Shown here piece after piece: positions 1 to 10,400 of a stretch of 64,000 nt of DNA. The DNA comes from a virus (taxonomy: Duplodnaviria > Caudoviricetes). The first letter of the stretch is position 1; every line of letters begins with the position of its first letter. The notes beneath the pieces are model-generated. The model had not been told where the DNA came from. It made no database searches and worked only from the letters and a program-made list of their open reading frames with translations. A program made the translations under genes and the position numbers. The stretch covers positions 3,426 to 67,425 of the IMG/VR virus record IMGVR_UViG_2938905056_000003. One strand, written 5' to 3'.

Positions 1-313
1 ATTCGATTTTATCCGGGTGGTCGAGCCAATCTACAGCGATATTTTGTTTACAGCGCCGACAGGTTGCGTTTACGTTGCCGGAAGCTACTCCGTTGTGTTT
101 ATAACCGCAGTTAGGACACGTGAACTTGGCGCCGCCTTTAGCGACTGCAAAAAACGGTAAACTGAAGATGATAAGCATGCCGCCCGCAATTATTCCGATT
201 ATAGTCAGGCTTAAGAGAAATCCGACCAAAACGAGTAGGATACCGATTACCAAACATACTATTCGACTAGCGCCAAATCGCTGCTTACTTACAGTTACCG
301 TTTTATATTCCAC
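1..313 (-). CDS. Membrane protein with C-terminal zinc ribbon (reaches window edge)
   Basis: Not in ORF track. GTG at 313 after AAAGGACGGG; MEYKTVTVSKQRFGASRIVCLVIGILLVLVGFLLSLTIIGIIAGGMLIIFSLPFFAVAKGGAKFTCPNCG...TCRRCKQ; two TM segments and two CxxC; open to base 1. Confidence 0.75.
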   Translation of the reverse strand, partial: MEYKTVTVSKQRFGASRIVCLVIGILLVLVGFLLSLTIIGIIAGGMLIIFSLPFFAVAKGGAKFTCPNCGYKHNGVASGNVNATCRRCKQNIAVDWLDHPDKIE

Positions 314-355
314 GTTAATCCACCCGTCCTTTATATGAGTTAGTGAGTTAGTAAA

Positions 356-385
356 ATTATACTACGGCGCCAAACTTATCCGCAA
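356..385 (-). promoter_or_regulatory. SigA-like promoter for the membrane/zinc-ribbon gene
   Basis: TTGCGG-N18-TATAAT on the minus strand. Confidence 0.5.
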
Positions 386-445
386 TGAGTTTTTATGTAC
401 GCGAGCACCTACGTTATCATACGTAAGCACTCGCTAAAGGTTTCG

Positions 446-703
446 TTATTTCGTTGTACCTTCGCGTTTGGCTCCGAGTTCAAAAAGACCTGTCGCAGCT
501 AATCCCGCAAAGCCACCGGCCCATAACCGCAACACCAAGTCGAGGTCAGTAAAAGGATAAGCAACCGCACCAAGTCCAATGCCAATCACGAAACTTAACG
601 CCGGGATTACATTAGTCGGAAGCTTAACCGTTTTCTTAACGAGTTGAACAAGCGCCGTTAGGATTGGCGCCAGTACAGTCGCGAAAATTAAAACGTCTTG
701 CAT
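446..703 (-). CDS. Holin
   Basis: 85 aa, three hydrophobic segments, charged C-terminus, directly after the endolysin. Confidence 0.85.
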   Translation of the reverse strand: MQDVLIFATVLAPILTALVQLVKKTVKLPTNVIPALSFVIGIGLGAVAYPFTDLDLVLRLWAGGFAGLAATGLFELGAKREGTTK

Positions 704-721
704 AATATCGTCTCCCTTTCG

Positions 722-1666
722 TTATTTTACTATTGCGCCAGTTGATTTCGCAGCGTAGATATTTACTTTTCCGAACTGATCCGTTTTGATCGTATAGACG
801 TCCGTTTGAGGGTTCGCAAGGACTTCGTATTTAAGGCCGCCGAATTTCTTAGGACGCAAGTAGCCGCATTCATTTCCTTTAACCGGTGCTTTGTTAGTCG
901 GATAGATACGCCAAGAATCAGCCGAAGCCGGAAGGTAAACGTATTTCTTTCCTTTAGAGGTCGACGTTGAACCGCCTTTAAGCTTGAGCACTTGACCAAC
1001 CGTAATTTTATTCGCGTTCTTGATACCGTTGTACGATTGAAGCTTCGCCACACTTACGTCTGTTTTCTCCGAAATTTCGGAAAGTGTGTCGCCTTTCTTG
1101 ACGGTATAAGTAGATCCGGAAGCTTTAGGCGCAGATTTCTTCGTAGACGAAGATGACGTTGATTTACCGCCGAGTGCTTTAAGTTCCGCCGCAATATCCG
1201 CTTTTACTTCTTCCCAACGATCCTCGGCGAGAACACGGTGCGGACAATATTTACCGGACCAGTCTTGGTGCTTACGAACGCGGTCAACGCCCCAGCCACG
1301 CTCTTTCAATAGTTGCGCGATAAATTTAATCGCCAGTTTCTCGGCCGCTTTGTACTTAGTGCCGCCTGACTTCGAATAGCAAACCTCTACGCCGATAGAC
1401 GTACGGTTTCCGGAATCTGATCCGTTACCATCTCCGGTATGCCACGCGTTTCGATCTGTCGGAATGCCTTGTACGACCTCCTTATCGTCCACCGCGAAAT
1501 GATATGACACTTCGTTGTTGTTTCCGATCATGTACCGAATCTCTGCGTCCGCTGAAGCGTCATTAGCCGTATTATGGAACGTAATATACTTCGCATCCAT
1601 TGAATACGGACACTTAACGGGATACTTACTTGATGCGACGAGATTCTTACGTACTGAAATCGCCAT
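722..1666 (-). CDS. Endolysin, N-acetylmuramoyl-L-alanine amidase with LysM (XlyA/XlyB-like)
   Basis: ITFHNTAND, SYHFAVDD, AWHTGDG, SIGVEVCYS, KHQDWSGKYCPH amidase_2 motifs; LysM YTVKKGDTLSEI. Confidence 0.95.
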   Translation of the reverse strand: MAISVRKNLVASSKYPVKCPYSMDAKYITFHNTANDASADAEIRYMIGNNNEVSYHFAVDDKEVVQGIPTDRNAWHTGDGNGSDSGNRTSIGVEVCYSKSGGTKYKAAEKLAIKFIAQLLKERGWGVDRVRKHQDWSGKYCPHRVLAEDRWEEVKADIAAELKALGGKSTSSSSTKKSAPKASGSTYTVKKGDTLSEISEKTDVSVAKLQSYNGIKNANKITVGQVLKLKGGSTSTSKGKKYVYLPASADSWRIYPTNKAPVKGNECGYLRPKKFGGLKYEVLANPQTDVYTIKTDQFGKVNIYAAKSTGAIVK

Positions 1667-1687
1667 TTTATCGTCTCCTTTCGAAAT

Positions 1688-1722
1688 TAAAAAAGCCCGC
1701 CGGGACTCTCACCTGACGGGCG
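1688..1722 (-). terminator. Rho-independent terminator upstream of endolysin
   Basis: Minus strand GCCCGTCAGG-tgagagt-CCCGGCGGGC followed by TTTTTT. Confidence 0.6.
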
Positions 1723-1738
1723 TACTACGTTTATTTGG

Positions 1739-2023
1739 TTATAAAAATAGCGCGATTCCAGATATCGCTAATCCTGCGACACCTATCATCACACCCCAAA
1801 CCCATTTCGTATTTGCTTTCATATCCGTAATACTGGATTGATTCTCTATCGACATTGCTAACGCTTTTTCCGCTTTCTCTTCCGCTTGATCTGCCTTTTC
1901 ATAAGCCTGATCGGCTCTTAACTTGACTTCGTTAAAGTAATCGACCTTGGTGTCTATCCGAACAAGCCACTCGCGAATATCCGCTATCTTTTCCCGGAAT
2001 TCGGTGTTAGTCGGCTCCGACAT
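1739..2023 (-). CDS. XhlA-like lysis protein
   Basis: Coiled-coil N-terminus plus C-terminal TM (KWVWGVMIGVAGLAISGIALFL), upstream of endolysin. Confidence 0.8.
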   Translation of the reverse strand: MSEPTNTEFREKIADIREWLVRIDTKVDYFNEVKLRADQAYEKADQAEEKAEKALAMSIENQSSITDMKANTKWVWGVMIGVAGLAISGIALFL

Positions 2024-2045
2024 TGTGGCGCCTCCTTTCCGTTAT

Positions 2046-2345
2046 TTACTCAGTCCCAGTAGATCCGTCAGTCGCCCCAGAAGGCCCTTCGCTGGGAGGT
2101 TCCGTATCGCCACCGTCAGTGCCGTCATTCGTCGGCTCCTCGGTTGATGGCGGTGTTTCAGTTGGCGGATCTTCAGGCGTAGGTTCCGCAGGTACTGTGC
2201 CGGAATAAACTTCGCCAGTAATTGCGGCATATTGTTCGCGAGAAATTTTACCGAGCTCGACGAAACGTGCGACCTGTTGCTTATCGTAGTAACCTTTCGC
2301 GTAATAAAGCTTGATAGCGTTATACAAGAACGTATTCTCCTCCAA
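2046..2345 (-). CDS. XkdX-family protein with P/E/T/G-rich extension
   Basis: YNAIKLYYAKGYYDKQQVARFVELGKISREQYAAITGEVY is the XkdX pattern; low-complexity tail. Confidence 0.8.
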   Translation of the reverse strand: MEENTFLYNAIKLYYAKGYYDKQQVARFVELGKISREQYAAITGEVYSGTVPAEPTPEDPPTETPPSTEEPTNDGTDGGDTEPPSEGPSGATDGSTGTE

Positions 2346-2346
2346 T

Positions 2347-2715
2347 TTACAAGACCCCTTTCTCCGTTGTTAACACGATAAGTTCTGCGATAATCTGATG
2401 TGCTGTTTCGGCGTCTTCTTTTGCTTTTTTGACTGCTTCGGTTGCTTCGTTTAGTTGCTTGATTAATACCGAATTCGCCTGCTGCGTCGTTGTAAGGCCT
2501 TCCTGTAGTTCCTCGACGGATGTTCCGGAATCAATCGTCGGCTGTTCGAGGTACTTCTGATAAGCCGCTTCTAATTCGGCCGCAGACGGAATCGGCGCGT
2601 TTAGATACCATTGGTTTTCATCTATCCATTGTTGATCACCATCTGCCATTACGACATAATCACGATTCGGGACGGCGTCAGGAAAAAGTACTAACATTGC
2701 TAATCCGATATTCAT
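2347..2715 (-). CDS. XkdW-family tail accessory protein
   Basis: LFPDAVPNRDYVVMADGDQQWI..W...APIPS..EL pattern followed by coiled coil; position before XkdX. Confidence 0.75.
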   Translation of the reverse strand: MNIGLAMLVLFPDAVPNRDYVVMADGDQQWIDENQWYLNAPIPSAAELEAAYQKYLEQPTIDSGTSVEELQEGLTTTQQANSVLIKQLNEATEAVKKAKEDAETAHQIIAELIVLTTEKGVL

Positions 2716-2727
2716 CGTAAAACCTCC

Positions 2728-4152
2728 TTAAATCCCCATCGGAATGTCGCCGATGCGGTAGATATCGAAATAGTTATACCATCCGGAGTTTGCCGTAATC
2801 GTTAAATCCTGGCCGGCGCCGACGAAGATAAATAGTTCTAAATAATCTCCGACTTCTAACGGAACAGTAACACCGCTTGCGTAATGACCTTGGTTAAATT
2901 CATCTGCTGCAGTGTTATTAGGATCTTGCCTATTTTGGTGAATTACCTTAAACCGCGTACCATTCCTATATAAATTAAGTTCAACGTTGTTGTATTGTTT
3001 TTTTCGATTTATATATAAACCGGCACCGACCATATACATTCCACGTACCTTCGCAATAAATCTGTTATTAGCCGTATTGAATTGCAAGTGGGAGTCGGAA
3101 ATGACGCGATCAAACTTTACTTTTTGAGTGAAACTTTGTGTCAGTGTTTGTTCGTTTGTAACTGAAACATTGCACCACGAATTATTACCATACAGAGAAT
3201 ACCACTGAGTCCATCCTGTGTTTGTATGCCAGTAACGCCCCCACGAACCTTGCGAGTTTATGTCTCCGCCTGTTGAATAAAATTGCTGAGACATCCGTGT
3301 ATTGCTGTACTTTATTGTGTGTAAAATACCATAGTTGTACGGAAAGCCTGTCGCTGTTCCTGATGTTATTTGTTGAATAGTCGATCCTATGGGATAATCG
3401 TTTCCGCTAGATGTAGCATCCGATATACTTGCAGTACTTACGTTTACTTTTTGAGATGTAATAGCCGAAATTGCCGCATCAGTTTGGGTTTTATCCGCGG
3501 TAGCTGCCCACATACCCCACGCTTTACTCCCTACTCCGTAATTTCTGAAATAAGTAACTTGAGTCTGAGTAGTTATGCTCCCCCTATATGGCGTATAACG
3601 TTGTAATGCGCCTGAGTTAGACCACGGGAAGGGGATGACCTCTAAGAATCCTGGTACTTGAATAGGCGAATTTAAAATACTCCATGTTCCAGCGCTGCTA
3701 AAATCGCAATAATAAACTCCTGCATCGGTTACATCGTTTAAGTCGCCTGATGTAATCTGCCTTTTCGCCAAACCTGCGCTCGTCGTTAATGGAAATAACT
3801 GTCCGTTATCTGTTTTTTGCGCGTATCTATCCAAACGATTTTTAAGCGAAGTATCCGTCGTACCATCGTAATTGGTCCGAGCCGCAACAACCTCCGCATT
3901 ACTATCGCCCTTACTCGCTTCAATTACAAGGTTATCTACGTATTTGTTTAAGGCGGTTATCGCCGTATCTACGTTAGTACCTTCGTAACTTATTTGCGAT
4001 GCAGAGTGCGCGATTTTCGCGTTTTCGTGCGTATCTAAATCGCTGCTTTGCTTATTTAACGCATCCTCGATAGTTTGTGCGTCTTGCTCTTGCTGCTTAA
4101 GGCGCGTTGCGTTCTCGTTCGGAGAATACGTTTTTATTAATTTAATCGCCAT
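2728..4152 (-). CDS. Tail fibre / receptor-binding protein
   Basis: AHSASQI and EVVAAR..LKNRLD hinge motifs, DLNDVTDAGVYY knob-like repeats, C-terminal C1q-like domain (F.AKVRGMYMV..VPLEVGDYLELF). Confidence 0.8.
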   Translation of the reverse strand: MAIKLIKTYSPNENATRLKQQEQDAQTIEDALNKQSSDLDTHENAKIAHSASQISYEGTNVDTAITALNKYVDNLVIEASKGDSNAEVVAARTNYDGTTDTSLKNRLDRYAQKTDNGQLFPLTTSAGLAKRQITSGDLNDVTDAGVYYCDFSSAGTWSILNSPIQVPGFLEVIPFPWSNSGALQRYTPYRGSITTQTQVTYFRNYGVGSKAWGMWAATADKTQTDAAISAITSQKVNVSTASISDATSSGNDYPIGSTIQQITSGTATGFPYNYGILHTIKYSNTRMSQQFYSTGGDINSQGSWGRYWHTNTGWTQWYSLYGNNSWCNVSVTNEQTLTQSFTQKVKFDRVISDSHLQFNTANNRFIAKVRGMYMVGAGLYINRKKQYNNVELNLYRNGTRFKVIHQNRQDPNNTAADEFNQGHYASGVTVPLEVGDYLELFIFVGAGQDLTITANSGWYNYFDIYRIGDIPMGI

Positions 4153-4169
4153 GATCGTCCTCCTTTGCG

Positions 4170-6617
4170 TTAATCTGACGGATTGGCCGTCATTAGTAAT
4201 ACGGATATTTTCGAGCCGACCGTAACGTACGTACTGTTCGGAGCTATCCGTGCTCCGTTACGCGCAAAACCTAACGTTAAAATATTGCTCGTATCGCCGC
4301 CCGGATTTAAATCGGTACCCACGAGCACATTCGCCGCTTTCAAGTTGATGTCCGTTTCTACTTGCGCATGTAACAGACTGTAGTAATTTTCGTTAAGCGT
4401 GACCTTCAGATCGTTTCCGCTAATTACTACGCTGGTTACGAGATTTTGCTGCGTCGCTACGTATCTAGCCGCATTAGAAACCGCCCAAGCCGTGCCGGAA
4501 TATTCGAGAATTAGCGTTTGAGTGACCGCCCGCAGTTTCTTTGTTGCGTCATCGTTTGCGTAAAGATCCGTGTTAAAGCTGGCGCTCGTATTTAGCTTCT
4601 CGGCCGGTTCCCGATATGCGTAAATTTTCGCGATACGTTTACCGACTGCCCCTGTCGCATAACCCGTCATAACCGTTCGAGTTTTCGTATTTGGATCGAC
4701 ATAAACGTGAACGCCCTCCGGCTCTCGGAAGCCGTCCTCCCAACTAATCGCCGTATTCTTCGCGAAGATAATCCGCTTTTCGTAAATCGTTGTGTTGCCG
4801 CGAATATCATAGACGCGAAGCATGTTCGGTTCGGTCGCTTCGTTTGCGTCGCCCGTATACCAATAGACATACGGATAGTCCATATACGCGCCCTGAAAGA
4901 TCGTGCCCGACGGGAGATCAACCGTCATTTCGTCTACCGTTTTTAGAACGTCTTTTCTAGCGCTTTCTAGATCTTGCGCGACGACTTTGTTTTCGCGACG
5001 GAAGAATAGTAGATTGTGTTCGATGTCTAGCGAAACGACTGTGTATTCTTCGCCGCCGAGGTTTTTGGTCCGCTGAATACTCGGATCGTTGTATCGAATG
5101 GATGCGCCGGGCTGATACGGAAAACGGGCGATTGTATGCGTTCGTTCTACATCCGACGTATAATAATGGCTCCAGATGTACATTTTGCCTTCGGATGCCG
5201 ACCAATCGAGACCGATATTCGTTCCGTGACCGCCTTCGAGACAGACCATATAATCGAGCATCTTGCCGGATAGATCCATTCGCGTAATCACAAACGATTC
5301 CATGTTCGGATTTTTGCCTTCACCGTTCCACACTTGCGTCGCGTATATTTGATTGTTTACACGGTCAATGTTGAACGATTGCAGGACCGTCGAGTGCGCT
5401 AAATTAAGCCGCGCATATAACTCCGGCGATTGCTTCGTAAAATCTACGTAAGTGGCCGCTTCGAGAACCTGCGTTGTGGTCGTCATATCGCTTGAGATCT
5501 CGCGCCGTATTTCGTTGGTGCGCGCCTGAATATAATTTTCCTGATTACGAATCCGCAGCATCTCTTCGACTTGCATATCGAGCACCGACTTACTTACGTT
5601 TGCCAGCGTTAATTCTGGCGCATCGTAGGGATCTAACGGATTGTAAGTCATCTCAACGATACGGACCGTATCTTCGTACGTAGTTCCGGCGATAAGTGTA
5701 TCCGCGATTACGTTGATTGAATCACCGATATCAAATTCGTCTTCGCGGCCATCCAGCAACGGATCATAAAACGCGATTGGCGTGACCGATATCGTTATTT
5801 GCGGATAAGGATTAACGACTTCCTTTAGCGCCGCTTCCATGCTCGACTTTGACGTATATCGATCGTCAACTATCGAAGCTGCATATCGAGGTCGGCCGTC
5901 GAGTAAAAAGTAGTTCTCGTCCGGGTGGATGTACTGAAACGGCTCAAACGCATATTTGCCGGTATTCTCGTCTTTCTTACCGAATCCCCAAGCCCGCGTC
6001 GTAATGTTTTGCGAGGAAGTTTTAATCGTTATACCTTGGATGTTATAGCGCGTATCGAGCCTAAAGTTTCGCGCCTGGCCGAGCTGTTTGTATACGTAGA
6101 TCATATCGTTATCTACTGCGAGTTCGACTTTGTAGTCTTCGACAATTTCGTCCATGAGTTCGATTCCGTTTTTATTCCCGAAGTTTTCTTGGACTACGGA
6201 AGAAACGTTAGCCGCATCGCTTGAAATATCGTATCTAAAGCCGCTGCCTGATAGCGCATGGCTTAGCGCCTTGGATAACGAAAGTGTTCCAGATAGTTCT
6301 TCGTTGACGAAATGGTTATTGAGCCGCATCGTATACATATGATGAGCCGTTATGACCTTCGTTAAAGACTCGTCGACTTGCTCCTTTTCAACGTCCGTAA
6401 TGAAATAGCGCTGCGCACCGTATGTTTTTTCGTCGACAATCAGTACGTTAGTTTCCGTTAATAAATTAAACGCGAGTTGGTTGTCATACGTAAGCTCGAT
6501 CGTAAAGCTTAGTTCCTTCTTGCCGTCCGTCCCTACTTTGAGAGACGGCGCTACATCTATATCGAGAATTTCCTGTTGTTCTCCGGTATCTACCGACTGT
6601 ACGAATAGTTGTTTGAT
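4170..6617 (-). CDS. Tal/baseplate hub fused to TagC-like beta-propeller
   Basis: Track ORF 4170..6338 stays open 93 codons upstream to an ATC at 6617 behind AAAGGAGGGG; N-terminal phage tail endopeptidase-like region, C-terminal VLQSFNID..GGHGTNIG..FREPEG propeller motifs. Confidence 0.8.
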   Translation of the reverse strand: MKQLFVQSVDTGEQQEILDIDVAPSLKVGTDGKKELSFTIELTYDNQLAFNLLTETNVLIVDEKTYGAQRYFITDVEKEQVDESLTKVITAHHMYTMRLNNHFVNEELSGTLSLSKALSHALSGSGFRYDISSDAANVSSVVQENFGNKNGIELMDEIVEDYKVELAVDNDMIYVYKQLGQARNFRLDTRYNIQGITIKTSSQNITTRAWGFGKKDENTGKYAFEPFQYIHPDENYFLLDGRPRYAASIVDDRYTSKSSMEAALKEVVNPYPQITISVTPIAFYDPLLDGREDEFDIGDSINVIADTLIAGTTYEDTVRIVEMTYNPLDPYDAPELTLANVSKSVLDMQVEEMLRIRNQENYIQARTNEIRREISSDMTTTTQVLEAATYVDFTKQSPELYARLNLAHSTVLQSFNIDRVNNQIYATQVWNGEGKNPNMESFVITRMDLSGKMLDYMVCLEGGHGTNIGLDWSASEGKMYIWSHYYTSDVERTHTIARFPYQPGASIRYNDPSIQRTKNLGGEEYTVVSLDIEHNLLFFRRENKVVAQDLESARKDVLKTVDEMTVDLPSGTIFQGAYMDYPYVYWYTGDANEATEPNMLRVYDIRGNTTIYEKRIIFAKNTAISWEDGFREPEGVHVYVDPNTKTRTVMTGYATGAVGKRIAKIYAYREPAEKLNTSASFNTDLYANDDATKKLRAVTQTLILEYSGTAWAVSNAARYVATQQNLVTSVVISGNDLKVTLNENYYSLLHAQVETDINLKAANVLVGTDLNPGGDTSNILTLGFARNGARIAPNSTYVTVGSKISVLLMTANPSD

Positions 6618-6631
6618 AGGCCGCCCCTCCT

Positions 6632-7462
6632 TTATTTATAGTAGAAACGTGTTTTGAATCGAATATCGATCGCGCTCGCATTCTGTACGTAAAAACTGTT
6701 GTAGCCGGGCGCCATAGACGGAAAACGACCGGAGGTTTTAACCCCGGCCGAATCGTTTACAAATACGTATTGTCGCCTAATTTCAACTTTTTGCGTTGAG
6801 TTAAGCGTTGTCTTTATCGTTAATGATTCGCCTGTCGTGCGATTGGCGATCGTTATATTAGTGCCGGCCAAATACATCTCGACCGTATAGTCGTGCTCCG
6901 TCGGATAAATCGTAACGTCCGACGCGTTGTAGACTTTAAAATCCGCTACGTCCTTAAACCGGTAAGGAATGTCGTTCTGATCCGGAATGTTCATGCCCGG
7001 AAAAAAGTGCTCGCCGGCAACGTTTAGCGCCGTTTCGGACGTATACTTTGATTCCGATAGTCCATCTAGCGCGATGAATTCGAGTTCGATTTCTTTGTAG
7101 TTTTTCTCCCGATTCTTTTCGCGATCAAATACGTCATCGCATACGACCTTCCAGCGAACGCCTGGCGTGAAAGTATGCGTAATGTAGTACGGTACATCCT
7201 GAACGAAAAGCTTCGCAAGAGCATCCCGATATAGATAGAAATGCTCCGGCGATCTTGCGGATAAAAGAAAAACGGCCTTGATTTTGCGCTCTTTGTACTT
7301 CACTCGTCGTTGGCGCTGAACAAGACCGTTCCTATTCGCTAAATCTAACGTAGTTCTACCGATGCTCGGAGGCTCCGGCGTAAAGCTTTGAAGCCTAACG
7401 AAAGGGAGTAGGCTTCGTAGCGATTGGTCGCCGTCTCCCTGATCTATTAACAAATCGAACAT
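6632..7462 (-). CDS. Distal tail protein (Dit)
   Basis: 276 aa directly after TMP; Sipho_tail-like ending PGYNSF..IRFKTRFYYK. Confidence 0.85.
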   Translation of the reverse strand: MFDLLIDQGDGDQSLRSLLPFVRLQSFTPEPPSIGRTTLDLANRNGLVQRQRRVKYKERKIKAVFLLSARSPEHFYLYRDALAKLFVQDVPYYITHTFTPGVRWKVVCDDVFDREKNREKNYKEIELEFIALDGLSESKYTSETALNVAGEHFFPGMNIPDQNDIPYRFKDVADFKVYNASDVTIYPTEHDYTVEMYLAGTNITIANRTTGESLTIKTTLNSTQKVEIRRQYVFVNDSAGVKTSGRFPSMAPGYNSFYVQNASAIDIRFKTRFYYK

Positions 7463-10400
7463 TACCTAACCCCCTTCGAAAACTTCTTGGCGTTCATAAT
7501 GCGTGCGCTGCGAATGTCTAACGCCTTGCCGTCAAGGTAAACCGCCGTGTCTTTATCGCCAAGCGCTTTTGTTGCGTTTAGCTGTTCGCTAGAAATCGCG
7601 TTTTGTTTTTCGAGCAAGCTAATAAGCTGCGCAGTCAGAGCCACGCTTTGGCCTTCGTGTGAAACGCCGAGCTTATCGCCCGTTGATTTCCAAAGCTGAA
7701 TCGCACGTTGACGGTTGTTCTGCAACGGAATGACCGCTTCCGGTCCTTCTTCCGCAACCCAAGCGAGCTGCTTCTGCGTTACGATGTCACCGATTTTGTA
7801 ACCTTTGTACGGACCGCCTGCGCGCATAGACTTGATGCCTGGCGTATTGAATACCGTTCCGTAGCGCGAAATGATGTACCGGATGGCTGCCACCGCGTTG
7901 TGTACCGGATTCATAATGTCTCCCATGCCTTTCATCTTGTGCGAATCGAACGTTGTTCTTATCGTCTGCATAAGCCCCATCGAGGGCGTTCCGCGCTTCC
8001 AGTTGATGTCCCACTTGTTGATCGTAGATGGGCCGGTACGTCCTCCGGATTCCTTCATCGCGATAGTCGTTAATGGGCCGAACCAATTGCTCGGAACTTT
8101 CGTAATCGCCATCGCTTTACGAATCCACTGTTTAACGTTACCGGTCGCTTTTTCTCCGCTGCCGAAGCCGCCGCCAAAATCATCGATCTGCTTCTTAACG
8201 AAACCGACCATTGACGACTTAACCTTTTCGTAAGCACCTTTCGCCATGTTGCCGAATACGCCGGAGATTTCCGGAAGCTTTAGGCCGAGGCTGCCGACGA
8301 CTTTAGAGACTAGTTTCTTCGGATCGGAAACGTAATCCCATACGTCAAACGCGAATTCTTTGACTTTGTTGACGGCACCTTTCGCGACATTAACGACGGT
8401 GTCTTTCGCGCCTGATACTGCGTCGACTCCTTTTTCGAATAGGTTTTTCTTCTTCGTGCCTTTCTTAAAGGCCGGAATACCTTGCGCGATAAGCTTTTTC
8501 GTCATGTTATGCGGAAGGACTTGCGTACCTTTCGGTAAATTAAATAGCGTATCTCTGCCGGGACTTAGGCCGGTAAATCCGGAAGGTGTGCGGAATAATT
8601 CAGGTCCGCCTCCATCGCCGAGAATCGCTGGACCGCCTGGATGCCCGCCTGCTGACGTACCTTTCGCGTATCTAGGAATCTCTAATTTCGGAATGTAGTG
8701 CTTTTTATCAACGCCGATTAGTCCGAGAACCTTATTGATACCTTTTTGCGTAAGTCCGTTTACGATGCCTTCGAATCCGCCGATCATCTTATTTCCGAGG
8801 GCTTTAACGCCGCTAACGGCTTTGCCCGCCATGTTTTTAATTCCATCGCCGATTTTTCCTGGAAGGGCTTTAGCGTTCGAAACCATTTTATTGAATGTGT
8901 TGACGGCGAAATCCTTTATTTTATTAAATATTTTTTTCGTATTGCCCCACAGAGAATTCCAAGCACTGACCGCCCCACTTGCAACTTTCCCAGCTAGATT
9001 TTTCACGGTAGAAACAATGCTACTCCATATTGTTTTTAACACCGTCTTAATAGCATTAAATACGGTAGAAGTAACGGATTTTATTGTATTCCATGCGGTT
9101 TTAACAACTAGTAAAACTAATTTAACCGCGCCTTTAATAACTGATGTGATAATCGACCAAACGCTCTTCAGGATTCCCAATACAGCATTCCAAGCACCTT
9201 GCCAGTCTCCTTTTAATAGAGAAGAGAAAAGCTTGATGACATTAGTTACTATATTAAGCGCGCCCTGAATGACTTTTACAATTACCGGGAAAACAATCTG
9301 TACGACTTGAAGTATAAAACGAATCGCTGGAATGACTACGTTTTGAATAATTATTGCTACACCCTTCAATATCGCAATGATAACTGGGACTGCCGCTTGG
9401 ATAATCGCTAGAACAACAGGGAAAACTGCTTGAACTACCTTGAGAACTAGTGGCAAGACGTTCGTTACTAGATCTTTGATTACGGTAGCAAGTAATTTGA
9501 TAATCACAACAACAATCGGTAACGCTGCTTGTATGATTGTCAGGACTGCAGGGAAAATCGCCTGGACTGCGCTTAATAGAATCGGTAGCACTTCAGTCGC
9601 GATCATTTGAATTATCGGCGCAATTGCTTGAATAAGACTCAAAGCTACTGGAAATACCGCTTGGACTACGTTCAGAATAATCGGCAGTAGTGACGTAAAC
9701 CCTTGAACAAGTACCGGAAGCACTGCCGTTACGATTGACGTAATTATTTGCAGCATTGAACCTTGTACTTGCGCCCACACGCTTACTAGTCCGCCAACCA
9801 GGCTGATGATCCCCGGAAGCATCTGCGCAAAAGCACCAGCCAATTCACCGATTAAAGGCGTAATCTGAACGACTGCGTCCGAAAATGCTACGCCGAGCGT
9901 TCCTGCTAAGCTCACAAACGTCGTACCTAGTTGCGCGAAGGTTGGTCCGAGCTCTGCGATAGCTGCGCCTAAATCCGCAAATGCCGGCTTTAACGTAGCA
10001 AGACTCGTAACCATAACGTTCATTGTTTCCGCAAACTGTGGCGCTAGTTCAGCCGCAATCTGTCCGAAGTATTGGCTAAACGCGTCAAACACCGGTTGCA
10101 ACGCCGTTATTGCGCTGCTAATAACGCTTGTTACTTGCGACCAAACAGTCGTAACCGAGTTGCGAAATTGTTCGTTCGATTGGTAAAGTCGGAATAAGAA
10201 TCCGGTCAAGCTGACCAACGCTGTAATCGCAAATCCAATCGGTCCTGATACGCCCATTAACGCCAACCCAAACGCTGTAATCGTAGGCGCAACGATAGAA
10301 ATAACGCCGCTTACGCTTGAGAATGCCGTTTTAAGCTGCGCGAAGAAGATTCCGGCAGCTTCCGATACTTTAGCTCCGATTCCTTGAGCGAAAGACTCCG

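Noticed and set aside
120-338. Plus-strand 72-aa ORF
   Set aside because: Antisense to a better-supported minus-strand gene with RBS and promoter.
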